Assembly (NCBI GenBank): GCA_009780675.1
Contig: WQZP01000005.1
Location: 33,082-97,081, forward strand
Length of the DNA stretch: 64,000 nucleotides
Source: Spirochaetaceae bacterium
GTDB taxonomy: Bacteria; Spirochaetota; Spirochaetia; CADAEX01
Direction of reading: 5' to 3'
Shown: in pieces, positions 11,865 through 21,994 of the stretch
How positions within the stretch are numbered: position 1 is the stretch's first letter
How the letters are laid out: every line of letters starts with the position of its first letter
The notes under the pieces: model-generated
What the model saw: only the letters and a program-made list of their open reading frames with translations
Database searches by the model: none
What the model was told of the DNA's origin: nothing
Program-made: the position numbers and the translations under genes

Positions 11865-11868
11865 AGGT

Positions 11869-12882
11869 ATGAAAAAATATCTATTTTTGATTGTTATTTT
11901 TATGATTCCCGCTTTTGTTTTTTCTCAGGAAATTATTGATCAGCGGGCAGCTTCTGTAAATTTGATCAGACCAGAAATTATATCACAAAGGCAACTTGAT
12001 CAAACTGTGGAAATACTCAGGCAAAACGGTATTGTTAGAACAAGAATGGAAGTGCTTGAGACCATGGTAGGAGATGTGCTTCTTAAACAAGGAGCTGAAA
12101 GAGCAAGAATTACAGTTGCAGATTCTGAAATAATGAATTCAGCTAGAAGACAACTTGGAGATGCAGGGGCTCGCATGACAGACCAACAGGTTAGAGAGAT
12201 TGTAAGCAGAGAAACTGGCGTGCCATGGGAAAGGTATCTTGAAAGAACCAGAGAAACAATACAACTTCAAAGGTATGTTCAGAGAGTTAAAGGCGCAAAC
12301 TTTGCAAATGTACCAGCTCCAACAAATGCCGAGATAAGAAGATTTTATGATGAAAACACAAGGCAATTTCTGTTACCAAGAACAGTAAGATTTGATCATA
12401 TTTTTATTGATATGAGAGCGCTTCCTACAAGAGCAGATCATGATATGGCAAGAGAAAGAGCTACGTCATATGAGAGAGATCTTAGAAACGGATCCAGAAC
12501 TTTTGACGAACTTGTGATAAATTCAGATGATACAAGTTCAAAATATAATAGGGGAAACTTCGGATTTTTAAGGGTAGATGATGCGCAGCGAAGGAGAATT
12601 CTTGGTGATGATTTTTTTGATGCTGTTTTTGCAATGCAGACAGCCCAAATCAGTGGGATAATAAGATCAAATTTAGGTTTTCACATTATAAGAATGAATG
12701 AAGTAATAGAACCAAGAATACTTGGTCTTGATGACATAATTAGTCCTGAGGTTGAAATAACTGTAAGAGATAGAATTATAGATTTTTTATCAGCAAGAAG
12801 ACAGGAAGAAATATTCAGACAATCTGTTGAAGAACTTGTAGCTGAATTAACAGAAGAAGCAGAAATAAGGTATTTTATATAA
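11869..12882 (+). CDS. SurA/PrsA-like periplasmic peptidyl-prolyl isomerase
   Basis: Signal peptide, SurA N-terminal-like helices, parvulin features (HIFI, SDD..SK..RGNFGF, SNLGFHII). Confidence 0.85.
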   Translation: MKKYLFLIVIFMIPAFVFSQEIIDQRAASVNLIRPEIISQRQLDQTVEILRQNGIVRTRMEVLETMVGDVLLKQGAERARITVADSEIMNSARRQLGDAGARMTDQQVREIVSRETGVPWERYLERTRETIQLQRYVQRVKGANFANVPAPTNAEIRRFYDENTRQFLLPRTVRFDHIFIDMRALPTRADHDMARERATSYERDLRNGSRTFDELVINSDDTSSKYNRGNFGFLRVDDAQRRRILGDDFFDAVFAMQTAQISGIIRSNLGFHIIRMNEVIEPRILGLDDIISPEVEITVRDRIIDFLSARRQEEIFRQSVEELVAELTEEAEIRYFI

Positions 12883-12891
12883 AATAGAGAA

Positions 12892-12919
12892 GTCTGTCCA
12901 ATAGAAGTGTTGGGCAGAC
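12892..12919. terminator. Hairpin between PPIase and nusB (possible terminator or processing stem)
   Basis: GTCTGTCCAATA-gaag-TGTTGGGCAGAC 12-bp stem with G-U pairs, no clear U-tract. Confidence 0.4.
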
Positions 12920-12970
12920 AACCTTCAGATATATATTTATTAGAGTAGATTTTTACTTATACAGGAATTT

Positions 12971-13393
12971 ATGGGATCGCGTCGTAAAGGGCGAATAATT
13001 GCTTTTAAGGTTATATTCAGCTGGGATTTTAATAATAATAACATAGATGATCTCATAAATTTTAGTTTGACTAATGAAGCAAATAAAAAAATAAAAGAAG
13101 ATTCAATAGTTTTTGCAAGATTAATTGTAAAAGGCACTATTGATAATATTGGTGAAATTGACAAAAAAATCAAACAACATATATCTAACTGGGATTTTAA
13201 AAGAATAGCAAAAGTTGACCTTGCTATTTTAAGATTAAGTGCATATTCTTTAATGTTTCAAAAAGATATTGCAGGAAATATTATAATTGATGAGGCAATA
13301 GATATTTCAAAAGAGTTTAGCTCCGAGGAGTCATACCGTTTTATCAATGGCGTTCTTGACAGTATCTATAAAGAAATAATAAATGGAAAGTGA
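12971..13393 (+). CDS. nusB: Transcription antitermination factor NusB
   Basis: SRRKGR N-terminus, WDFKRIAKVDLAILRL, IDEAIDISKEF, FINGVLD. Confidence 0.96.
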   Translation: MGSRRKGRIIAFKVIFSWDFNNNNIDDLINFSLTNEANKKIKEDSIVFARLIVKGTIDNIGEIDKKIKQHISNWDFKRIAKVDLAILRLSAYSLMFQKDIAGNIIIDEAIDISKEFSSEESYRFINGVLDSIYKEIINGK

Positions 13394-15056
13394 AAAAGAA
13401 ACCACACCAGACAATTCAATCGATGAGGAGAGTGTCCTCTGCTTGCTTCGACGAAAGTGTAGCCAGCTTTGGCAAAAGTGGGTAAAAAAAACCAATATCT
13501 GGTCTAAAAGAAATATCATAATATTGGCAGTACTTAATCTAATTGTTTTATCACTAATAATTGTGGCGCTTTTTCACAATACTGCTCAAAGAAGACAATT
13601 TAATGATTTATTAAGACAATGTGACCTCAATATATCAAGAAATGCCTATGATACAGCAGAAACTATATTGCAAAATATACTCCCTTATGCAGTCTCAAAA
13701 AGAGATTATATGAGGATATTAAAAAGAGCAAATATAATTGCAGACAGGACAGATAATTATCAAAATTTAATGCTATTTTCAGAAAGAGCACATAATAGAT
13801 TTAGAAGAGATAGAGATATTTTGACCATATATGTTTATTCTTTGATCAAGAATAGAAATTTTGCAAGAATAATCAATCTGATCGATAGTAATAGAACATT
13901 GGCTATACCAGAAAGTTTTATTTATGTCATGCATGCGATCAAGTATAAACAGGATAGTGACCAGGATTCCCTGCGTGCAATCAAAAATGATGATATAAGA
14001 AATATAATTAAAGGGAGTACTGATTTAACGCTATATGAACAAATGTATAATAGATCCGGAAAACCTGTAGTTCTTACAAACTATCTTTTAACAATTCTGC
14101 TAACTGGTGATTATAAAAAAGCTGCGTCTGTTTTAGATAATAGTATATATAGGAATCAAATAAATACCGAGCTTTCAGGATTGATCTATTATGATAATCA
14201 AGAGTTCCGCAAAGCAAAAGATCTGTTCGATAGATTATTTATAAGAGAAGAAACAGAGATAACTGATCCAGGATTAATAATGCTTTTGGCAGATACTCTT
14301 ATCCATACAGGCAATTATCAGGACGCTTATGATCTTTATAATATTGTAATATCTAGTCATGAAAGATTTTCGTGGGTCCCTTATGTTAATAAAGATTGGA
14401 TCAATATGGTTTCTGGAAAAAGAACTTTTTATACAGAGGAAGCGATTAATATTTTTCAAAATGAAAGAAAACTCCCATTTTTAGCTATATTAAAAAATCA
14501 GCCTTATGAGACCATTGGCGAAACAACAAGAAACCAGGATAGATATATTGCGGAATTTTGGGAATATTTTGCTGAAGATAATATGACAGAAGAGTTCAAA
14601 ATCTTTTTTCTAAGAGAACTATTCCGAATGGGCAGATTTAATGACGTATTTATATTTACAGGAAAAAGAAATAATATAGACAGGGAGTGGGCAATCTTTT
14701 TTAATGCCCTTACATCTTTTTCTACAAAAGATCATGACAATGCTTTACAGCTATTTCATAGATATTACAGCCTTGCTGGTGATTGGCGTGGTTTATATAA
14801 TATGGGAATAATAGAACTTTTAAGTCAAAATCACCAATATGCTGCGAACTATTTTGAAATAATTGTTAATAGATATGTTAGAAATGGCGCTGATATAAGC
14901 AGCGAAGACCTTGGAGATATATTTTTAATGCTTTCATTTTCACTGACCATGACCGGAGATCGCAGAAGAGGCCAATTTTTCCTTAATAGAACCATGGAAA
15001 CAGGACACAGTTCTATATTATCCCAATTTCTTCAAAATTATTACAGAACAAGATAG
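13383..15056 (+). CDS. Membrane-anchored TPR-like protein
   Basis: Single N-terminal TM helix, helical repeats; between nusB and map as in spirochaetes. Confidence 0.7.
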   Translation: MESEKETTPDNSIDEESVLCLLRRKCSQLWQKWVKKTNIWSKRNIIILAVLNLIVLSLIIVALFHNTAQRRQFNDLLRQCDLNISRNAYDTAETILQNILPYAVSKRDYMRILKRANIIADRTDNYQNLMLFSERAHNRFRRDRDILTIYVYSLIKNRNFARIINLIDSNRTLAIPESFIYVMHAIKYKQDSDQDSLRAIKNDDIRNIIKGSTDLTLYEQMYNRSGKPVVLTNYLLTILLTGDYKKAASVLDNSIYRNQINTELSGLIYYDNQEFRKAKDLFDRLFIREETEITDPGLIMLLADTLIHTGNYQDAYDLYNIVISSHERFSWVPYVNKDWINMVSGKRTFYTEEAINIFQNERKLPFLAILKNQPYETIGETTRNQDRYIAEFWEYFAEDNMTEEFKIFFLRELFRMGRFNDVFIFTGKRNNIDREWAIFFNALTSFSTKDHDNALQLFHRYYSLAGDWRGLYNMGIIELLSQNHQYAANYFEIIVNRYVRNGADISSEDLGDIFLMLSFSLTMTGDRRRGQFFLNRTMETGHSSILSQFLQNYYRTR

Positions 15057-15085
15057 TTGAATAGCGCCTTTATAAGTGGTATATT
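15057..15085 (+). promoter_or_regulatory. sigma70 promoter of map-htrA-PRTase
   Basis: TTGAAT-17 nt-TATATT with extended -10 TGn. Confidence 0.5.
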
Positions 15086-15143
15086 AATAAAAGAAGGTAT
15101 CTTCAAATAACAAAAAGGTTGATGCGGAAATAAATATAATTAG

Positions 15144-15890
15144 ATGCTAAAACTAAAAAATAAAAAAGATATTGAAAAAATCCGTTCATCAGGAAAAATT
15201 CTCGCTGAAACATTTGAAATAATAAGAGAACAACTAAAACCAGGAATAACTACAAAAGATATTGATTGTATCTCATATAATTATATAAATAAGTGCAAAG
15301 CTAAGCCTGCTTTTAAAGGATATATGGGATATCCTGCAAGTATATGTATTTCTGTGAATGATGAAGTAATACATGGCATACCGTCTTCCCGTATACTTAA
15401 AGAGGGGGATATAGTAAGTCTTGATCTCGGAGTAGATCTTGATGGCTATATAAGCGATGCAGCAATTACACTTCCTGTAGGCAAAATTTCCGAAAAAAAC
15501 AAACTTCTTATAAAAGTAACAGAAGAGTGTCTTTATAAAGGCATTGAAATGGTCGTTATTGGTAATAGAGTTTCGGATATTTCTAAAGCTATATTTAATC
15601 ATGCAAAAAAACATAACTTCGGGGTTGTAAGAGATTTTTGCGGGCATGGGGTAGGGTTTAATCTTCATGAAGAGCCCCAGATACCAAATTATATTAAAAA
15701 TGGCCCAAATCCAAGATTAAAAACAGGAATGGTTATAGCAATTGAACCTATGATAAATATTGGTGGAGATGAAATATATATTCTTGATGACCAGTGGACT
15801 GTAAAAACAACTGATCGTTCTTATTCTGCCCATTTTGAACATACAGTTGCTGTGCTTGAAAACAAAGCCGAAATATTAACTTGTTTATAA
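15144..15890 (+). CDS. map: Methionine aminopeptidase type I
   Basis: CISVNDEVIHGIP, DIVSLD, GHGVG..LHEEP, IAIEPM, SAHFEHT. Confidence 0.98.
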   Translation: MLKLKNKKDIEKIRSSGKILAETFEIIREQLKPGITTKDIDCISYNYINKCKAKPAFKGYMGYPASICISVNDEVIHGIPSSRILKEGDIVSLDLGVDLDGYISDAAITLPVGKISEKNKLLIKVTEECLYKGIEMVVIGNRVSDISKAIFNHAKKHNFGVVRDFCGHGVGFNLHEEPQIPNYIKNGPNPRLKTGMVIAIEPMINIGGDEIYILDDQWTVKTTDRSYSAHFEHTVAVLENKAEILTCL

Positions 15891-15901
15891 GGAGATATGT
15901 T

Positions 15902-17296
15902 TTGAAAAAAAATATTTTTTATCTTCTTGCTGCTTTTTTGGTTTTATCTTTCTCTTGTACAACCATGACCAGAACTATAACTGTTGCTGAAAATAAATCT
16001 TTGCCATTATCTTTTGCAGATGCAGCAGAAAAAGCGCTCCCTTCTACTATACATATACGCATAGTAAATAAAAAGACACATATAACCCCTGAAGGGTGGG
16101 ATTATCTCTTCAACCCTTTTTCACCATCTCCAGGAAATGTTTTTGAAGAAAGAAGAGATTTTTTTAGTGAAGGGCTTGGTGCAGGTGTAATTGTAAAACA
16201 ATCAGAAAATAAATTTTATGCAGTTACAAACAGGCATGTTGTGTCAGATGCTAACTCAATATTAATAAAGCTGCATGATGGAGAAACTGCAGAAGCAATT
16301 CTGCTTGGTTTTGACGAGAGAAAAGATATAGCAATTATCTATTTTTACTCAGATAACCAGTCATTGCAAGTAATTGAAAAAGGGAATTCTGATTTACTAA
16401 GAGTAGGTGACTGGGTTCTTGCTGTGGGAAGCCCTTTTGGCTTTTATTCAAGTGTTACAGCAGGTATTGTAAGCGCTCTTGGCAGGCGTAATAATACAGG
16501 TGGCAATATTAGTGATTTTATACAAACAGATGCCTCTATAAATACAGGTAATTCTGGAGGAGCTCTTGTTAATATTAGAGGGGAGCTTGTGGGAATAAAC
16601 AGCTGGATCACAACTACAACAGGTGGCAGCATGGGACTTGGGTTTGCAATACCTGTAAATAATATTAAAAAAAGTATTGATGATATAATAAATTATGGTG
16701 AAGTAAGGTATGGCTGGATAGGCGTTATTGCCGGCGAGCTTCCTGAATTCGAACAAAGAATTTTTCAGACAAATAACGTTAGAGGAGTAATGATTTTTCA
16801 GACTATTCCCAATGGGCCTGCTGATCGTAATGGACTTTTACCCGGAGATTTTTTACTGAATATAAGCGGAGTAGAAGTTCCTACTGTTGATTCTTTATTA
16901 TTTACTGTAGGAGAATCAACAGTAGGAAGCCAGGGTAATTTTGTGCTTATAAGAGATGGAAAAATCATAAATAAAGAAGTTACTTTTGGACTTAGAGAAA
17001 GAAATAATGATCTTATGCTTCAAAACAATCTTTATTGGCCAGGTATAAATGTTATTACTATCGATAGAGAACATATCCGTTTAAATAATTTTGATTCTGG
17101 AGTTATTATAACATTTATTGAAAGAGGGGCTGTTTTAAATAATTTCATGCCAGGCGATATAATAACAGAAGTTAATGGTATTCCTATTTTAAATTCCAGG
17201 GATTTTTTTAGAGAAATCAACAAGAACAGGGATTTAAATATAATAAAATATTATAGAGACGGCACAAGTCGTATAAATGAAGTTAGGCATAACTAA
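15902..17296 (+). CDS. htrA: HtrA/DegP serine protease with two PDZ domains, probable lipoprotein
   Basis: TNRHVV, DIA, INTGNSGG catalytic triad, PDZ domains; LSFSC lipobox; TTG start after AAGGAG. Confidence 0.92.
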   Translation: MKKNIFYLLAAFLVLSFSCTTMTRTITVAENKSLPLSFADAAEKALPSTIHIRIVNKKTHITPEGWDYLFNPFSPSPGNVFEERRDFFSEGLGAGVIVKQSENKFYAVTNRHVVSDANSILIKLHDGETAEAILLGFDERKDIAIIYFYSDNQSLQVIEKGNSDLLRVGDWVLAVGSPFGFYSSVTAGIVSALGRRNNTGGNISDFIQTDASINTGNSGGALVNIRGELVGINSWITTTTGGSMGLGFAIPVNNIKKSIDDIINYGEVRYGWIGVIAGELPEFEQRIFQTNNVRGVMIFQTIPNGPADRNGLLPGDFLLNISGVEVPTVDSLLFTVGESTVGSQGNFVLIRDGKIINKEVTFGLRERNNDLMLQNNLYWPGINVITIDREHIRLNNFDSGVIITFIERGAVLNNFMPGDIITEVNGIPILNSRDFFREINKNRDLNIIKYYRDGTSRINEVRHN

Positions 17297-17911
17297 GTGG
17301 AAAAGCTATTTTTGTCATATACAGTAGTAAGAAATAACTCCATAAAACTTGCTCACAAAATACATAAAGATGGATTTATACCTGATATAATTTATGTATC
17401 TTTGCGTGGTGGCGCTTATGTTGGGAATGTTATAAGTGAATATTTTAAAATAGCTCTTGCGGGCAAAAAGCCTGTTTTATATGCTGCTGTATGCTCTCAT
17501 TCCTATAAAAATATAATGACTAAGTCAAAAAACATAAAAGTAGATGGATGGACATATTCTCCTGAACATCTTAGAAGTGGGGATAAAATACTTTTTGTTG
17601 ATGAAATATTTGACTCAGGAAAAACCATTAATTATCTCGGTAATATAATATTGGCAGCAGGAATACCTCGTGAGGATTTAAAAATAGTAGTTCATGATTA
17701 TAAGTATTTTCCGGATAATCCAAGCAACTTGACAATATTTCCTGACTATTACTGCGAAAAGCATATTGTTAAAAATAAAGAAGATGACTTATGGATCCAT
17801 TATATGAGTCATGAATTGCAAGGGCTTACTCCGGAAGAACTTGAGCAGCACTATTACAGCGAAGACCCGGAACTAAAAGATATATTCACTACTCTTGGGG
17901 AACTCCGTTAG
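17297..17911 (+). CDS. Phosphoribosyltransferase (purine salvage type)
   Basis: LRGG and ILFVDEIFDSGKT PRPP-binding loop. Confidence 0.88.
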   Translation: MEKLFLSYTVVRNNSIKLAHKIHKDGFIPDIIYVSLRGGAYVGNVISEYFKIALAGKKPVLYAAVCSHSYKNIMTKSKNIKVDGWTYSPEHLRSGDKILFVDEIFDSGKTINYLGNIILAAGIPREDLKIVVHDYKYFPDNPSNLTIFPDYYCEKHIVKNKEDDLWIHYMSHELQGLTPEELEQHYYSEDPELKDIFTTLGELR

Positions 17912-18027
17912 TGTCCCGGCGCTGTTATGCTGGGATACTGCTCTTAGGTAATCCCGCTAGTATCCCGACCTGATGTCGGGGCACTACTCTTGGGGAACTC
18001 CGCTAGTATCCCGACCTGATGTCGGGG
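17887..18027. repeat. Three tandem 46-49 bp units, each forming a GC-rich hairpin, between convergent genes
   Basis: Units 17887-17935, 17936-17981, 17982-18027; consensus CACTACTCTTGGGGAACTCCGCTAGTATCCCGACCTGATGTCGGGG. Confidence 0.9.
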
Positions 18028-18029
18028 TA

Positions 18030-19223
18030 TTATTCTCTGCTCCATCTTCTTTCTCCGAAATTGCCGGAACTTTTCCATAATCCTCTGTTTGTAAGAGCAT
18101 ATAGATCTCCTCCAAAGAGAACAGAAGGATCAATAAAAAAATCAAGAACTAAAGCTCTATGTAAATCTACAGCAGAGTTATAATTTGTAACTAAAGGGAG
18201 ACCTTGTCCGCGTGGTCGATCTAATAGATGTATATTATCTGGAGTTGGGTTTGGTAACTGAAAATAACCAATAACTGCTTCTGTACCAACAAGAAGAACC
18301 CAATTGTCATTTGATACTTGAAAAAAGGCCAGGTTAGTTAAAAAAGTATTACTTGGCGTGATTGGATGTTCACTCCGGAAACCACTACCATCAGAAGAAC
18401 TGATAACACCTAAACGTCCTCCTCTCCTGTCTCTTCCATTAAATGTAAAATATATATGGCCATCATGGTACGCAAGTCCTTCAATTTTTCTGTTGCGGTC
18501 TATTGGTTCAACGAGTGTAAATTGCTCATCTAGATCATCACTATAAAATATGCTGTGAGCATTGGATATCCAATACTTTCCATCTGCTGCGAAAATAACA
18601 TCAAATGATGAACCTATCAAGGAGGTGTAAGTTCTGCCGAATAACACGCGTTCTGGTAAGTCGATTAGTGTAAATGTTCCTCCAGTATAATGATATAGCC
18701 GACCATCATTGTCAGTGGTATAAGGAGAGGTATTTCTTGTTGAAACAAATATTTTGCCATCTGCTGTACTTTTTACACTTTGTATAGACCAGGCGTCCGG
18801 ACGAGGAAGTTGTGTCCATTCCAATCCATTAAGAGAAAAAAATCCTGTATTTGCATTATCTTTGTTGTAATATATTGCAAATATATTTCCATCATTATCA
18901 GACGCCAAACTTGTAGAAAGATGAAAACCACCCGGAGTAGGGAGCATATGCCAATTTTCATCACCAAATGGCTTTCTCCAAACACTACCTGCTGCAATGT
19001 AAAGATCGTTTCCTGCTTTAGCCATACTGCCTACAGTTATATTAGTTGGCAGTGATCCAATTCCTATTCTTTCCTCACTTTTTAAACCGTAAAAAATACC
19101 TAACTCACTGTCATTACATGAAAACATCAGTAGAAAAGAGAACAAAAATAATAAAATTGGTATACATAGCAAACCAATTTTGTTGCTCTTCTCCTTTCGG
19201 TCAAATGTATATCTTAACTTCAT
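18030..19223 (-). CDS. Lipoprotein with probable beta-propeller fold (BamB/BB0028-like position)
   Basis: AGGGG RBS, LLMFSC lipobox, repeated short beta-strand blades; downstream of OM barrel gene. Confidence 0.6.
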   Translation of the reverse strand: MKLRYTFDRKEKSNKIGLLCIPILLFLFSFLLMFSCNDSELGIFYGLKSEERIGIGSLPTNITVGSMAKAGNDLYIAAGSVWRKPFGDENWHMLPTPGGFHLSTSLASDNDGNIFAIYYNKDNANTGFFSLNGLEWTQLPRPDAWSIQSVKSTADGKIFVSTRNTSPYTTDNDGRLYHYTGGTFTLIDLPERVLFGRTYTSLIGSSFDVIFAADGKYWISNAHSIFYSDDLDEQFTLVEPIDRNRKIEGLAYHDGHIYFTFNGRDRRGGRLGVISSSDGSGFRSEHPITPSNTFLTNLAFFQVSNDNWVLLVGTEAVIGYFQLPNPTPDNIHLLDRPRGQGLPLVTNYNSAVDLHRALVLDFFIDPSVLFGGDLYALTNRGLWKSSGNFGERRWSRE

Positions 19224-19248
19224 AACTTCCCCTAACATAAATAAACAA

Positions 19249-19851
19249 TTAAAATCTGAACATAGCTGAAAGTGTTGTTTCAAGAAAGTTCCCAAACATT
19301 GCATGGTTTCTTGGAGGATGCCCTTCCCGTCTGCCTGTATATAACTGCGGTACCCACCAATATATGAGATTAAACCCAAAAGCCCACTCATGACTAAAAT
19401 TCCATATAGCAGATGCCCCTGGTTTTAAAATAAAATCCATGCTGAATGCATCACCATAAGTGGTAAAATTTATCCCTGCTCCGCAAAAAATAGGAAATTC
19501 AAAAGGGTATCTTCTGAAATAATAAGCTATTTTTGCTGTCAATGGTATCATGTATAATACTCTGTCATTAGGGCCAAATGCAAACATACCACTAAGCTCG
19601 CCGCCAATGGTTATTCTGTTGTTTATATATGTACTCCACTCAAGAGCCCCAATTCCGCCTAATGAAAGATTTGTTGAGCCAAAATCTAAACTTGGCGACA
19701 TAAAGAAAAGAGGTATAAAAAGCCCTGCTCTTATTGTAAATATCTGGTCCCCGCGATCATACGAAAAATCATAAAAATCATCTTGTGCATTTATATTAAT
19801 TATCAAAACACAAAGTATTAAGCAAAAAAAAACTAACTTTTTAAGATTCAA
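19249..19851 (-). CDS. TP0733-family (OmpW/OprG-like) outer-membrane beta-barrel
   Basis: Signal peptide, RGDQIF motif, amphipathic strands, WWVPQ, GNFL, terminal Phe. Confidence 0.8.
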   Translation of the reverse strand: MNLKKLVFFCLILCVLIININAQDDFYDFSYDRGDQIFTIRAGLFIPLFFMSPSLDFGSTNLSLGGIGALEWSTYINNRITIGGELSGMFAFGPNDRVLYMIPLTAKIAYYFRRYPFEFPIFCGAGINFTTYGDAFSMDFILKPGASAIWNFSHEWAFGFNLIYWWVPQLYTGRREGHPPRNHAMFGNFLETTLSAMFRF

Positions 19852-20043
19852 TTAAATGTCCTCATTACTATCATTATTATTTTTAATACTATCACCTGAG
19901 ATATCTTTTATCAATATGCAATAAATATATAATACAAACATAATATATATTGAAAGGTTACATATAGTATCGTAAAAGCTTGATTTCACAGTTTTAATAT
20001 GTTTTAATATATTGTAATCTTTTGAAAAAGAAAAAGGAATAAT

Positions 20044-20724
20044 ATGTCTCTTAATATTGTCTCTAAAATAGATAAAAAGGTCAAAATAAGCAATGTTATA
20101 ATAAGTGTTTTTGACAAAACAAATCTTGATCATTTTATTAAAAAACTAATCCAAATCAATCCGGATATTACGATATACTCTACTGGAGGCACATATAAAT
20201 ACCTCACAGGCATTGAAGGTATAAAAGAGGGTAAAAACCTTGTCTCGATTTCAGATTATACTAAACAGCCTGAGATGCAGGGTGGGCTTGTAAAAACCCT
20301 TGATTTTCGTATTTATATGGGTATTTTAAGCGAAAAATATAATGCTGAACATAAAAAAGACCTTGAAAGAACTTCCAGCATTGAATTTGATATGCTGGTT
20401 GTTAATCTTTACCCTTTTAGCAGTGTAATCAAAAAACAGGGTTTAACACCAGAAGAAGCAAGAACCAATATAGATATTGGCGGACCATGTATGCTGAGAG
20501 CTTCTGCAAAAAATTTTCATAGAGTTGCTTCTGTATGCAGCCCTGCAGAATACGACACTATAATAAAAGAAATGGAAGAAAATAAAGGTCAGTTATCTCT
20601 TGAAACCCGTTTTAAACTTGCATGTACCACTTTTGAGCATACAGCTTCTTACGATACTACTATCGCAAAATATCTAGCTTCCATAAATATAGCGGATTTT
20701 GAAAAATTATATAATATTGATTAG
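20044..20724 (+). CDS. purH: IMP cyclohydrolase (stand-alone PurH N-terminal MGS-like domain)
   Basis: ISVFDKT, STGGT, GGLVKTL, VVNLYPF, NIDIGGPCMLRASAKN. Confidence 0.9.
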   Translation: MSLNIVSKIDKKVKISNVIISVFDKTNLDHFIKKLIQINPDITIYSTGGTYKYLTGIEGIKEGKNLVSISDYTKQPEMQGGLVKTLDFRIYMGILSEKYNAEHKKDLERTSSIEFDMLVVNLYPFSSVIKKQGLTPEEARTNIDIGGPCMLRASAKNFHRVASVCSPAEYDTIIKEMEENKGQLSLETRFKLACTTFEHTASYDTTIAKYLASINIADFEKLYNID

Positions 20725-20737
20725 AGGGGCATTATAA

Positions 20738-21994
20738 ATGAGCAGCAATGATATAAAAAAAATATATCATAATATTCTTAAAGAGCAATTTCCTCAGAAA
20801 ATGGAAATATCATTTTATAATGATAGTAACGATAAACAGACTCTTTTTTATGAAAAAGTTGAATGGATTATAGATAATGAAAAAAAAGGGTTACGTTATG
20901 GGGAAAACCCATGTCAGGAAGCTTCTTTTTATAAATTAATAAATGGCAATCTTGCAATAGGGGATGTTAAAACAATAACACCTGGAAAATATATTGCATC
21001 AGATATCGAGCTTCTCCAGTCCGGCAAGCACCCAGGGAAAATCAATATAACAGATATAGATAACGGACTTAATATTTTACGTTATTTTCATAACACTCCA
21101 TGCTGTGCAGTTATAAAACACAACAATCCATCCGGCGTTGCAAAGGGAAGTACGATTTCAGAAGCTTTTGAAAAAGCATTTATGGCAGACAGGATAGCGG
21201 CTTTTGGCGGGGCTGTGGTTTTTAACAGGCCTATGGATATGAATTGCGCTGCTTTTCTTTCTGATAACTATGTTGAAGTAATTGCAGCTCCTGATTTTGA
21301 AGAAGGGGTTATGGGAATTCTGGAGAAGAAAAAAAATATAAGAGTAATGGCAATTAAAAATATAGAGAAACTTAACACATTTACAGGAGAAAGAGTTGTT
21401 GATCTTAAATCTTTGATTGACGGCGGAATAATTGCGCAAATATCATATTCTCCAACAACATTAAAAAAAGAAGATTTACTCCTTGCCGAGACTACCTATA
21501 AAGATAAAAACTACAAAATAAACAGAATGCCAACAGAAAAAGAGTATGAGGATATTATTTTTGGCTGGCTTGTTGAAAGCGGGATAACGAGTAATTCTGT
21601 TATATATGTTAAAAATGGGGTTACAGTAGGAATTGGCACAGGAGAGCAGGATAGAGTGGGCGTTGCTGAAATTGCAAGAGATAAAGCATACAAAAAATTG
21701 TGGGACAGAATAGCATGGGAAAAGTATAAAACCCCATGGCATCTTCTTGCTGATAAAGATAAAAAAGAAGAGATAATATCTTTTGTCAATGCTGAAAATG
21801 GTGGGCTTAAAGGGAGCGTTATGGTCTCTGATGCGTTTTTCCCTTTTCGCGATGGCGTTGATGTAGGACTTAGTGAAGGGGTTACTGCTGTTGTGCAGCC
21901 TGGCGGCTCTCTCCGTGATTTTGAAGTTATTGAAGCTTGTAACGAAAAAGGGGCAACAATGGTTTATACAGGACAAAGGAGTTTCAAACATTAA
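20738..21994 (+). CDS. purH: AICAR transformylase (stand-alone PurH C-terminal domain)
   Basis: LRYGENP, KHNNPSG, AFGG, SDAFFPFRDG, QPGGS, RSFKH terminus. Confidence 0.9.
   Translation: MSSNDIKKIYHNILKEQFPQKMEISFYNDSNDKQTLFYEKVEWIIDNEKKGLRYGENPCQEASFYKLINGNLAIGDVKTITPGKYIASDIELLQSGKHPGKINITDIDNGLNILRYFHNTPCCAVIKHNNPSGVAKGSTISEAFEKAFMADRIAAFGGAVVFNRPMDMNCAAFLSDNYVEVIAAPDFEEGVMGILEKKKNIRVMAIKNIEKLNTFTGERVVDLKSLIDGGIIAQISYSPTTLKKEDLLLAETTYKDKNYKINRMPTEKEYEDIIFGWLVESGITSNSVIYVKNGVTVGIGTGEQDRVGVAEIARDKAYKKLWDRIAWEKYKTPWHLLADKDKKEEIISFVNAENGGLKGSVMVSDAFFPFRDGVDVGLSEGVTAVVQPGGSLRDFEVIEACNEKGATMVYTGQRSFKH

Noticed and set aside
17887-18027. Possible mini-CRISPR array
   Set aside because: Units are contiguous copies without unique spacers; no cas genes
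19224-19391. N-terminal extension of the 453-aa ORF
   Set aside because: Overlaps the OM barrel gene; RBS and lipoprotein signal point to a start at 19223
19824-19832. T9 tract in the OM barrel signal peptide as a phase-variation site
   Set aside because: A/T runs of 8-9 are common in this AT-rich sequence and the run encodes ordinary Phe residues
19852-20133. 93-aa minus-strand ORF
   Set aside because: AT-rich divergent promoter region overlapping the purH start; no protein-like features
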